59,933 nucleotides of DNA from Verrucomicrobiota bacterium (GTDB taxonomy: Bacteria > Verrucomicrobiota > Verrucomicrobiia > Limisphaerales > CANJXF01): the NCBI GenBank assembly GCA_038214755.1, contig JBBQRQ010000019.1:1-59933 (forward strand), written 5' to 3'. The position numbers and the translations under genes were made by a program. Under the pieces are notes generated by a model. That model saw nothing but the letters and a program-made list of their open reading frames with translations, was not told where the DNA came from and did not search any database. This document shows, in pieces, positions 45,464 to 53,229 of the stretch (its first letter is position 1; the number at the start of each line of letters is the position of its first letter).

Positions 45464-47122
45464 TTAGTCGCCAGATTTTTTCTGAACTTCATCCCACGGC
45501 AAGACACCGCAACGCGTCGCCCAGTGCTCATATGCTCTTGAAAGCTCGTTTACTTTTTCCGGAAATCTCCCGGCCAGATTGTCCAACTCCGTCCTGTCCT
45601 TTTCCAAATCGTAAAGCTCCCAATCTTTTTTGAATTCGCCGACGAGTTTCCATTTGCCTTGCCGCACCGCGCGATTGCCTTCGTGCTCCCAAAACAAGGT
45701 TCGTTCGCCCACGGATCGATTTTCAAAAATGGGAACCAAGCTTTTGCCTTCGAGCGGCGTGATGTCGTGACCGTTGAATTTTTTTGGATACTTAACTCCG
45801 CTTAATTCCACAAACGTCGGCATGAAATCAATCACGTGGCCCACTTCCCTTGTAATTTTTCCGCTCTTAATTTTTTTAGGCCAATACGCAATCAACGGCG
45901 TGGCAATGCCGCCTTCATTCGCCCAATGTTTGTAGAGACGGAACGGCGTGTTGCTCGCGTTCGCCCACGCGGGTCCGGTGCTTTGCCAAACGTCGTCCGG
46001 GCCGGCCGAGACATTGACATTTTTGTTTCCGACTTTGACGGAGCGGCCATCGCGAGTTTTTGAAGGGACATCGAACCAATCCGGCTGAATGTTTTCCGCG
46101 CAGGCTCCGTTGTCGGACAAGAATAAAATCAACGTGTTCTTCGCCTGCCCGCTCTGCCCAATCAACTTCACAATTTTTCCAATGCCCTGATCCATGCGAT
46201 CAATCATCGCAGCGTAAACCGCCATGCGATGCGTCTCCCATTCTTTATTCGGCGCGTCCTGCCACGCGGGGATTTTGGGATCGCGCGGCGAGAGCGGCCA
46301 GTTCGCGGCCACGATTCCGAGTTCGATCAATCGCTTGTGACGCCGCTCACGCATCGCGTCCCAGCCGTCGCGAAAGACCGCTTCATATTTTTGGACATCC
46401 GCTTCCGGCGCTTGCAGCGGCCAATGCGGCGCAGTGTACGCGACGTAGAGAAAAAAAGGTTTTGCCTTTTTGGAAAATTCGTTGATGAAGGCCGTTGCAT
46501 TATCAGAAATCGCGTCGGTGTAATAAAAATTTTTCTCCGCCTGAATCGGGTCATTTCCACGAACGAGCGAGAAGGGGTCGTAGTAACTGTTGACGCCGTG
46601 AATGGTTCCGAAAAATTCCTCGAAGCCGCGCTGCCTCGGCCAGTTATTTTTGTCCGTCCAAAACGGATCGGTGTTTTCGAAATTGAGTTGCGCTTTGCCC
46701 GTGAATTTAACGTGGGAGACATGCCATTTGCCCGACATCGCCGTGTGATAACCGGCGTTCTGCAAAACTTCAGCCAGCGTCATGCAACGGTCATTCAATT
46801 CGCCGCGATAACTCGGCTTGCCCAAATCCTGCATCATGTGACCGAGGCCGGCCTGGTGCGGATACAATCCGGTGAGCAGGGCGGCGCGCGTGGGACAGCA
46901 GCGCGTCGTGTTGTAAAATTGCGTAAAGCGCAATCCGTTGGTCGCGAGCCGGTCGAGATTCGGCGTGGAAATTTCTGAACCGTAGCAGCCCAAATCGGAG
47001 AACCCCAAATCGTCGGCGAGAATCAGGACGATGTTCGGACGGGCAGCGGTTTTCGCGCTGGCCGGTTGCGACGTGAAAATCGCCAGGGCAAAAGCTGCTA
47101 AAAACCAAAGACGACTTTTCAT
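45464..47122 (-). CDS. Arylsulfatase (formylglycine-dependent S1 sulfatase)
   Basis: Signal peptide, RPNIVLILADDLG, CCPTRAALLTG, GKWH, EGGIATP, WEHEGNRAVR. Confidence 0.95.
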   Translation of the reverse strand: MKSRLWFLAAFALAIFTSQPASAKTAARPNIVLILADDLGFSDLGCYGSEISTPNLDRLATNGLRFTQFYNTTRCCPTRAALLTGLYPHQAGLGHMMQDLGKPSYRGELNDRCMTLAEVLQNAGYHTAMSGKWHVSHVKFTGKAQLNFENTDPFWTDKNNWPRQRGFEEFFGTIHGVNSYYDPFSLVRGNDPIQAEKNFYYTDAISDNATAFINEFSKKAKPFFLYVAYTAPHWPLQAPEADVQKYEAVFRDGWDAMRERRHKRLIELGIVAANWPLSPRDPKIPAWQDAPNKEWETHRMAVYAAMIDRMDQGIGKIVKLIGQSGQAKNTLILFLSDNGACAENIQPDWFDVPSKTRDGRSVKVGNKNVNVSAGPDDVWQSTGPAWANASNTPFRLYKHWANEGGIATPLIAYWPKKIKSGKITREVGHVIDFMPTFVELSGVKYPKKFNGHDITPLEGKSLVPIFENRSVGERTLFWEHEGNRAVRQGKWKLVGEFKKDWELYDLEKDRTELDNLAGRFPEKVNELSRAYEHWATRCGVLPWDEVQKKSGD

Positions 47123-47131
47123 TTTTTGAGA

Positions 47132-48511
47132 TTATTCGCGAGGCACTTCCCGTTTTTTTGAGGAATTCCAATTCGGATTTGGCTGCATCATTTGCGCGCC
47201 GACGTTTCGCCGCCAAAGGTCGAGCTTGGCGACGAGTTCATCGGTTTTGCCTGGCATTTTTTCGGCGAGATTATTTTTCTCACTGAGGTCTTCGCGCAAA
47301 TTGTAAAGCTCCAAACCGCCGTCCTCGAACCACTGGATTAATTTGAAATCACCTTCGCGAATTGCGCCGCCCGGCGCGCCGCCCTGATTGGGGTAATGCG
47401 GATAGTGCCAGTAGATTTCGCGCTGCTTTCGTTCGCCGTTTTGCTTGAGCAACGGCACGATGCTTTCGCCATCGACAATTTGATTCGTGGGAATTTTTAC
47501 TCCGGCGATTTCCAGAAGCGTGGGAAAATAATCCACGCTGATCACCGCGTTGCTGCAAATGCTCCCTTCTTTCACGACGCCCGGCCAACGCACAATCAAC
47601 GGCACGCGAATGCCGCCTTCGTAGAGATAGCCTTTGCCCGCGCGCAACGGCAAATTCTGCGTCGCTTTGACCACGCCTTTCCATTCGCGAACGTGCAGAC
47701 CGCCATTGTCAGAATTGAAAATAACGACGGTGTTTTCAGTCAGCTTTAGCTCGTCAAGTTTAGCTAGAATGCGACCGATTTGCGTGTCCGCGCTTTCAAT
47801 CATCGCGGCGTAAACGGCATTGGTGTGCGGTAAAGTTGGGTCGATTCCTTTCTCGTATTTTTCGACAAGATTTTTCGGGGCGGCGAGCGGAATGTGAGGA
47901 GTGTTGTAGCAAACGTAGGCGAAAAATGGTTTGGCGCGATTGGCTTCAATGAACTTGAGCGTGTGTTCGGTGATCTCATATTCACCTTTTCCTGGCTCAG
48001 TGGAATTGGGCATTCCTCCGCTCGCGTTGCCGATGAACGCATCATCAAAACCTTGCTTGTCTGCTTCAAAGCCGTTGCCACCCAAATGCCATTTTCCAAA
48101 ATGCCCGGAAACATAGCCAGCGATCTTCAACGCCTCGGCCAAAGTGATTTCGTCCAGCGGCAATTCCAGGTGAAACTCAGGCCGTAACAATTTTTGGTCG
48201 GGCTTCACCGCGCGGCCGGGAATGAAATCCGTCAGATGCAGCCGCGCCGGATATTTGCCGGTCAAAATGCTGGCGCGGGTCGGGGAACAAACCGGACACG
48301 CTGCGTAAGCATCAGTGAACTTCATCCCTTGCGCCGCGAGCTTGTCAATGTTGGACGACTGATAAAATTTGCTGCCGTAACATCCGAGGTCCGTCCAGCC
48401 CAAATCATCGGCGAGAATGAAAATGAAATTGAGCTTTGGTTTTTCAGCAGCATCGCCATGTCCGCAGAGAAAAAGTGATATGCAAAAGCTGAATAAAAGT
48501 TTTCCCTTCAT
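47132..48511 (-). CDS. S1 sulfatase
   Basis: NFIFILADDLGW, CSPTRASILTG, GKWHLG, YEGGIRVP, YWHYPHY. Confidence 0.95.
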   Translation of the reverse strand: MKGKLLFSFCISLFLCGHGDAAEKPKLNFIFILADDLGWTDLGCYGSKFYQSSNIDKLAAQGMKFTDAYAACPVCSPTRASILTGKYPARLHLTDFIPGRAVKPDQKLLRPEFHLELPLDEITLAEALKIAGYVSGHFGKWHLGGNGFEADKQGFDDAFIGNASGGMPNSTEPGKGEYEITEHTLKFIEANRAKPFFAYVCYNTPHIPLAAPKNLVEKYEKGIDPTLPHTNAVYAAMIESADTQIGRILAKLDELKLTENTVVIFNSDNGGLHVREWKGVVKATQNLPLRAGKGYLYEGGIRVPLIVRWPGVVKEGSICSNAVISVDYFPTLLEIAGVKIPTNQIVDGESIVPLLKQNGERKQREIYWHYPHYPNQGGAPGGAIREGDFKLIQWFEDGGLELYNLREDLSEKNNLAEKMPGKTDELVAKLDLWRRNVGAQMMQPNPNWNSSKKREVPRE

Positions 48512-48729
48512 TTCCTTTTTCTTCTGTACTCAACAGGGTATGTGAAAACCCGCGTGAACGTAATAATGCCGATAATCCCTAAGATGAAAACCAAGACAAT
48601 TTTATCGGTGTAGGCGAAGATCAGCGCTGCTGCTCCGAGTTCCAAAGTGGCAAAAACGAGCGAGACAATCTGTCCAATCCGAATACTCCGAATGTGAATA
48701 TTGTACTGGGACTCATTTTTTCTGCTCAT
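48508..48729 (-). CDS. Small membrane protein (2 TM)
   Basis: Two hydrophobic helices, basic tail; ATGA overlap with the sulfatase start. Confidence 0.55.
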   Translation of the reverse strand: MSRKNESQYNIHIRSIRIGQIVSLVFATLELGAAALIFAYTDKIVLVFILGIIGIITFTRVFTYPVEYRRKRK

Positions 48730-48930
48730 ATAAAAAGAGTTCGGCCAACCAAACGAAAAATGACAAGCGCGGCTATGATTTTGAATTCAACCGCGCGAAA
48801 TAAGTTCGCTCGCGAACAATGGTCGATTATGGAGGTTCATCGGCCAAACCTAGATTCGCCTTCTCGTTCTAGCCAGAATCTTTTTAGTAGCCGCCCAATC
48901 CTTTTCACCAATCTCACGCCTCACAGGTTC

Positions 48931-49227
48931 TCAATCGCTGAGGTCTGGTTCTCGCCGCACTCCGTGCCAATAACGCAAGATTTCCACCCGGCCCTCTTCG
49001 GCTTTCACGCGATAGAAAATAATATAAGGACGAGAGACGAGTTTTCGAACACCCGATTTTTTGGAATAAGCTGAGCCGAGAAAAGGAAAGTTCTCCAATA
49101 TCAACGCGCGGTCAATTAACGCATGGCCAACGTGTTCGGCGGCGGAGGGATCGTCTCGGGCTATATGACGCACAACGCTCTCCAAGTCTGCTAACGCCTG
49201 GGGGCCAAAAATTATTTTGCAGCCCAT
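48931..49227 (-). CDS. RelE/ParE-family toxin
   Basis: IIFGPQALADLESVVRHIARDD..L.NFP.LG..VRKLVSRPYIIFYRV..VEILRYWHG.R. Confidence 0.9.
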   Translation of the reverse strand: MGCKIIFGPQALADLESVVRHIARDDPSAAEHVGHALIDRALILENFPFLGSAYSKKSGVRKLVSRPYIIFYRVKAEEGRVEILRYWHGVRREPDLSD

Positions 49228-49436
49228 GCGGAAACCCGTTTGCGCACATCCTCAATCGGCACGCCTTTGCCGTTATCTAAATCGCGAATGGCTTCGTCGA
49301 GAGAGCGGAGGATTTGTTCTTCTTCCTTCGACGTCATCTCGGGTTCCGCCTGAGAATTCAGCCACAAAGAAAGCGCTTTCTTTTCGTCGCCGGGGAGCCG
49401 GCCAACCGCGTCTTGAATTTCAGCAAACGTGTTCAT
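49212..49436 (-). CDS. Putative antitoxin (addiction-module component)
   Basis: 74 aa, EIQDAVGRLP..LDEAIRDLDNGKGVPIEDVRKR; overlaps the toxin start. Confidence 0.82.
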   Translation of the reverse strand: MNTFAEIQDAVGRLPGDEKKALSLWLNSQAEPEMTSKEEEQILRSLDEAIRDLDNGKGVPIEDVRKRVSAWAAK

Positions 49437-49442
49437 GCCAGA

Positions 49443-49471
49443 AAAATAAATGAGCACGAGGGATTCGGCAA
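49443..49471 (-). promoter_or_regulatory. sigma70-like promoter, leaderless
   Basis: TTGCCG (49471-49466) - 17 nt - TATTTT (49448-49443) - 6 nt - ATG 49436. Confidence 0.6.
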
Positions 49472-49493
49472 CCGCAATCAGGCCAGCCCTTTA

Positions 49494-50120
49494 TCACGGT
49501 CTGGAATTCAAGTGCGCGAAATAAGTTCGCTCGCGAACGACCGCGCCTTTTTTGCCGGGAGCGTCGCTGAAATATTCAACGTTGTCGGAAATTCCGTCGG
49601 TTGATTTTTGCGAACTGCGATAACGGAATCCGATTTTCTTTCCGGCTTCCTCGACCCAGCCGAGAAAAACCGCGCTGTGCCCGGATTTGCTGCGCCACAG
49701 TTGGACGAAATCTCCCGGCTGCGCCTGTTCCGCAGAAATGGATTTTCCAATGCCGAGATTTTCCATCGCCGGGCCGGCCTGTTTGTTCGTGTCGCCCGTC
49801 GAGCCATACCATTCTTTTTGGAAAACACGAATTTCCGCTGGAGTTTTATTTTTGAGCAAACCGCGCTCTTCCGCCGCGCCCATCACCACCGCGAACGTGA
49901 ACCCGCTGCAATAAGTCCCGTTGGTTCCCGCCGGTAAAATGCGTTCGTCTTTGAATTTAATTTCCAGCGGTGTGCCCGAGCCGGCCAAGTTGTAATGGCC
50001 GCCATTCTTGAAAGATTTCGCAATTCGAATTGTGTCCGTCTCTGCTGCGAAGATATTCGCGCAGAGAACGAATGCGGCAAACAGGATCGAGAGCAGGCGG
50101 TTCAAAGCAATCATGTCCAT
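49494..50120 (-). CDS. Secreted protein, putative NlpC/P60-CHAP-like Cys/His hydrolase
   Basis: Signal peptide; TYCSGFTF and AQPGDFVQLW..SGHSAVFLG. Confidence 0.65.
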   Translation of the reverse strand: MDMIALNRLLSILFAAFVLCANIFAAETDTIRIAKSFKNGGHYNLAGSGTPLEIKFKDERILPAGTNGTYCSGFTFAVVMGAAEERGLLKNKTPAEIRVFQKEWYGSTGDTNKQAGPAMENLGIGKSISAEQAQPGDFVQLWRSKSGHSAVFLGWVEEAGKKIGFRYRSSQKSTDGISDNVEYFSDAPGKKGAVVRERTYFAHLNSRP

Positions 50121-50133
50121 GAAATGGCTCGAA

Positions 50134-50544
50134 TTATTGATGCGTCAGACGTTTCAGGAATGTTGAGGGACGAATAATCTCAATGCCGAATGGTTTTTTC
50201 ATATCCAGCAAGTCTTTGTCATAGGTCACAATAAAATGGGCGTGCGCAGCCAGCGCAGCGGCCAGGTAAGGATCGTCCTTGGCGTCCCGGCTGCGTTGTT
50301 TGCCCAGAGGCCGGGCTTCGACCACCCGCACTTTTTCCAGATACCAGGTCAACCGGGTGCCCGCGTTGTGAGAAAATTTTTCTTCGCGCATCAAGCGGGC
50401 GCATGTTTCCTTCGTTTCAGCAAGAGTGTCTTCCGTCCTAAAAGCAACTGCGCGGCGTTGCGCCAGTTTTACGAGACACAGATACGCTTCCCCGTCCCAA
50501 CCTACCGCACTGACAATAACGTTGGCGTCAAAGACGACCCGCAC
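50134..50544 (-). CDS. PIN-domain toxin (VapC-like)
   Basis: MRVVFDANVIVSA, SRDAKDDPYLAAA, IVTYDKDLL. Confidence 0.92.
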   Translation of the reverse strand: MRVVFDANVIVSAVGWDGEAYLCLVKLAQRRAVAFRTEDTLAETKETCARLMREEKFSHNAGTRLTWYLEKVRVVEARPLGKQRSRDAKDDPYLAAALAAHAHFIVTYDKDLLDMKKPFGIEIIRPSTFLKRLTHQ

Positions 50545-50788
50545 TCAATTCCCTTCTCACCTGACGCTGGATGCGGGCAATGTTCTCTAAATCTTTGGCG
50601 GAAGGACCGGGCTTCGCTGGCCCGGTTTTGTGCAAAAATTTCAGATCTTTTTCTATCTGCGCCGCCATCTTCTGCCGAATCAGGTCGCGAAAAAATTCAC
50701 TCACATTCCCATAATCTTGTTCCACATTTTGCCGGACGAATTCAGCCATCGGCGTCGGCAGTGAGATATTCATCGTGTCCATTTTCAT
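50528..50788 (-). CDS. Ribbon-helix-helix antitoxin (ParD-like)
   Basis: TMNISLPTPMAEFV..YGNVSEFFRDLIR; overlaps the PIN gene start. Confidence 0.88.
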   Translation of the reverse strand: MKMDTMNISLPTPMAEFVRQNVEQDYGNVSEFFRDLIRQKMAAQIEKDLKFLHKTGPAKPGPSAKDLENIARIQRQVRRELSAGRL

Positions 50789-50794
50789 CGGAAA

Positions 50795-50824
50795 ATCTTA
50801 GTCTATTGCCATTGAATGGCAATA
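50795..50824 (-). promoter_or_regulatory. TA promoter with overlapping palindromic operator
   Basis: Perfect IR TATTGCCATT-G-AATGGCAATA (50804-50824) covering -35 TTGCCA (50822-50817); 16 nt; -10 TAAGAT (50800-50795); 6 nt; ATG 50788. Confidence 0.8.
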
Positions 50825-50877
50825 TTGCTTTCGGCTTAAACGAAGCGGCGCCGCAAAGTTTCAAACTATGCACCGCG

Positions 50878-52293
50878 TCATTTCTGAATATCAGCGAATT
50901 GATCCTTGTCATTTAGCTCGATGCGCAAACGCGTCAGTTCCCTGATCATTTTCTTCTGCACACCGGCGTATTTCGGATCGTCGTAAACACTTTTGAGTTC
51001 ATGCGGATCTTTTTGGAGATCGAACAATTCCCATTCGTTGATGCGATTGAAGAAAATCAATTTGTAACGCTCGTTGCGCACGCCGTAATGTGGTTGGACT
51101 TTGTGGTCAGCGGGATAGTGATAGTAGCGGTAATACATCGACGTGCGCCAATCCTTCGGTTTTTGGCCACGCAACAGTGGAACGATGCTGCGGCCTTGAA
51201 CTTCTCCCGGCGCTTTCACTCCGGCGTATTCCAGAAATGTCGGCGCAAAATCCACGTTCAGAATCATGCCGTCGTTCACTTTGCCGCCTTTGATTTTTTT
51301 GGGATAACGAATGAGGAACGGCATGCGCAGCGATTCCTCATACATGAATCGTTTGTCGAACCAATTATGGTCGCCGAGGAAAAATCCCTGGTCGGATGTG
51401 TAGATGACAATGGTGTTTTTGCTCAGCCCGTTTTTTTCCAGATAATCCAGCAGGCGGCCAATGTTGTCGTCCACGGACGCGATGCAAGCGAGGTAATCGC
51501 GCATGTAGCGTTCGTACTTCCAGTGTTTCAATTCTTTTGGCGAAAGACCGGCGGGCGGTTCTTGTTTCACGTCGTCGGGCTTGAGGTCGCGATCAATGCG
51601 CATCGTTGCTTCCGTCGCGGCGGCGGAACGATTTTTGTAATCATCATTGAACGTGGCGGGTTCAGGAATTTCCACATTTTCAAAAAGCTTCGCGTGTTTC
51701 GCATCCGGCTCCCAGGGGCGATGCGGCGCTTTGTGGTGACACATGAGAAAAAACGGTTTGTCTTTGGGACGTTTTTCCAAGAAGTCGATGGACATATCGG
51801 TGATGATGTCGGTCGCATAGCCGTTGATGGTTTTTCGACCGTCGGACGTGAGAAAGTCCGGGTTGTGATATTTGCCCTGGCCCGGCAAAACAGTCCACGA
51901 ATCGAAACCGGTGGGGTCGCTTTGCAAATGCCATTTGCCAATCATCCCCGTGTGGTAACCCGCGCGCTGTAATTCTTTTGAAACCGTCCACTGGCTGCCA
52001 TCGAAGCGATTGAAAACGGGGACTCCGTTGATGTGGGAATATTTTCCCGTGAGAATCGCCGCGCGACTCGGAGTGCAAATCGAATTCACGACGAAACAAT
52101 TGCTGAAACGCATTCCCTCTTTTCCGATGCGGTCAATGTTCGGCGTCTTATTGATCTTGCTTCCGTAGGCGCTGATGGCGTGAGCGGCATGGTCATCTGA
52201 CATGATGAACAAAATGTTCGGTCTCTCCGCGGCATGTGAAAAAATTGAAAGCGAAACGCTGGAGGCCAATAGAAAAAAATTACGAATTTTCAT
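50878..52293 (-). CDS. S1 sulfatase (N-acetylglucosamine-6-sulfatase-like)
   Basis: RPNILFIMSDDH, CTPSRAAILTG, HKAPHRPW, FDKRFMYEES, YYRYYHYP. Confidence 0.95.
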   Translation of the reverse strand: MKIRNFFLLASSVSLSIFSHAAERPNILFIMSDDHAAHAISAYGSKINKTPNIDRIGKEGMRFSNCFVVNSICTPSRAAILTGKYSHINGVPVFNRFDGSQWTVSKELQRAGYHTGMIGKWHLQSDPTGFDSWTVLPGQGKYHNPDFLTSDGRKTINGYATDIITDMSIDFLEKRPKDKPFFLMCHHKAPHRPWEPDAKHAKLFENVEIPEPATFNDDYKNRSAAATEATMRIDRDLKPDDVKQEPPAGLSPKELKHWKYERYMRDYLACIASVDDNIGRLLDYLEKNGLSKNTIVIYTSDQGFFLGDHNWFDKRFMYEESLRMPFLIRYPKKIKGGKVNDGMILNVDFAPTFLEYAGVKAPGEVQGRSIVPLLRGQKPKDWRTSMYYRYYHYPADHKVQPHYGVRNERYKLIFFNRINEWELFDLQKDPHELKSVYDDPKYAGVQKKMIRELTRLRIELNDKDQFADIQK

Positions 52294-52303
52294 GGTGAGT
52301 CGG

Positions 52304-52332
52304 AGCTAACTGCGATGGGTAAACGGCGTCAA
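52304..52332 (-). promoter_or_regulatory. Possible sigma70-like promoter
   Basis: TTGACG (52332-52327) - 17 nt - TTAGCT, 10 nt before ATG 52293; weak -10. Confidence 0.4.
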
Positions 52333-52505
52333 GACGTAGATTGTGCGCTTGGGGAAGATCGAGGTGCGTTTCCCCCGTTTCGATCAGCAGGATGGAGAAG
52401 GGGTAAAAAAACGCTCCACCGATTTTTTTTGCCGGGTTACTCTTTTGGTTTTCTCCTGGCAATCGGCGGAGCGAAATTAAATAATTTTTCTCAAATATAT
52501 CGGGA

Positions 52506-52808
52506 TCAATAGCTGGAGCCCGCGTAATTCTTTTGCACCCCTCCCGCAACCGATCGGCGCCTGCTGGTTCTGCCAACATTCGCGGAGGAGGTTGAACTTT
52601 CCGCCGGTTTTTCGCCCTGAGGAATCTTCGCGTCGGATTCCTGGAGCAACCCTGCTTTGTGTTGGCGATTTTTTACGAGGTGTGCTTCAGCCTGCAACCA
52701 ATACTCGATATCCCGTCCATGAACTCGCCCCTCGGAGTCCCATAAATAATACGCGTGGTCAGCAATCTCCTGCGGGGTGGGCTGCTGGAAGTTTTGCGGG
52801 TCACTCAT
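52506..52808 (-). CDS. DUF2934 domain protein
   Basis: QEIADHAYYLWDSEGRVHGRDIEYWLQAE; start at ATG 52808 (the longer ORF runs through MITEs). Confidence 0.85.
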   Translation of the reverse strand: MSDPQNFQQPTPQEIADHAYYLWDSEGRVHGRDIEYWLQAEAHLVKNRQHKAGLLQESDAKIPQGEKPAESSTSSANVGRTSRRRSVAGGVQKNYAGSSY

Positions 52809-52874
52809 GACGTATTCGAAACTCTTACTTAAGGATAAAACAATCAAGTAAAAAACTCGTCCCGGCGAAAAGAT

Positions 52875-53175
52875 GGGCGCATCTGACACCGCCACCAATC
52901 CAATCCGATGTAGTGGGGCAGGCTTCCAGCCTGTCGGAGCGGGCATCTTGCCCGCGCATCCTGGGGCTGGAAGCCCCGATGACAGACAAGATGTCTGCCC
53001 CACTACTTTGGCGGTGGTGTCAAGAGCGTGTTGCCCGAATGCAAAGGAGCGCGGACGTTCTTCGTCCGCGTGTTTCCAAAACGGACAAAACCTCCGTGCT
53101 CTCGCCTCACGATTCACGCGGACGAGAACGTCCGCGCTCCTACTGGTTTGGGCAACACGTCCTCAAGATGCGCCC
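52875..53175. mobile_element. MITE with 9-bp target-site duplication carrying a GTAG REP-like hairpin (52910-53006)
   Basis: TSD CGAAAAGAT at 52866-52874 and 53176-53184; TIR GGGCGCATC(T)TGACACCRCCRCCAA; right TIR interrupted by a second element. Confidence 0.88.
53024..53162. mobile_element. Nested MITE with 4-bp TSD carrying a GGAGCGCGGACG hairpin (53046-53140)
   Basis: TSD TCAA at 53020-53023 and 53163-53166; TIR GAGCGTGTTGCCC / GGGCAACACGTCC (11/13). Confidence 0.85.
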
Positions 53176-53229
53176 CGAAAAGATGAAACCGCAGATCGTT
53201 TTATTTAAATGGCATCTTCTCGAGTCTCA

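Larger units (their letters stand above)
48783..49538. mobile_element. Mini-island carrying a toxin-antitoxin pair, bounded by a 35-bp direct repeat of a gene 3' end
   Basis: GAATTCAA-NN-GCGCGAAATAAGTTCGCTCGCGAAC at 48783-48817 and 49504-49538 (33/35 identical). Confidence 0.7.
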
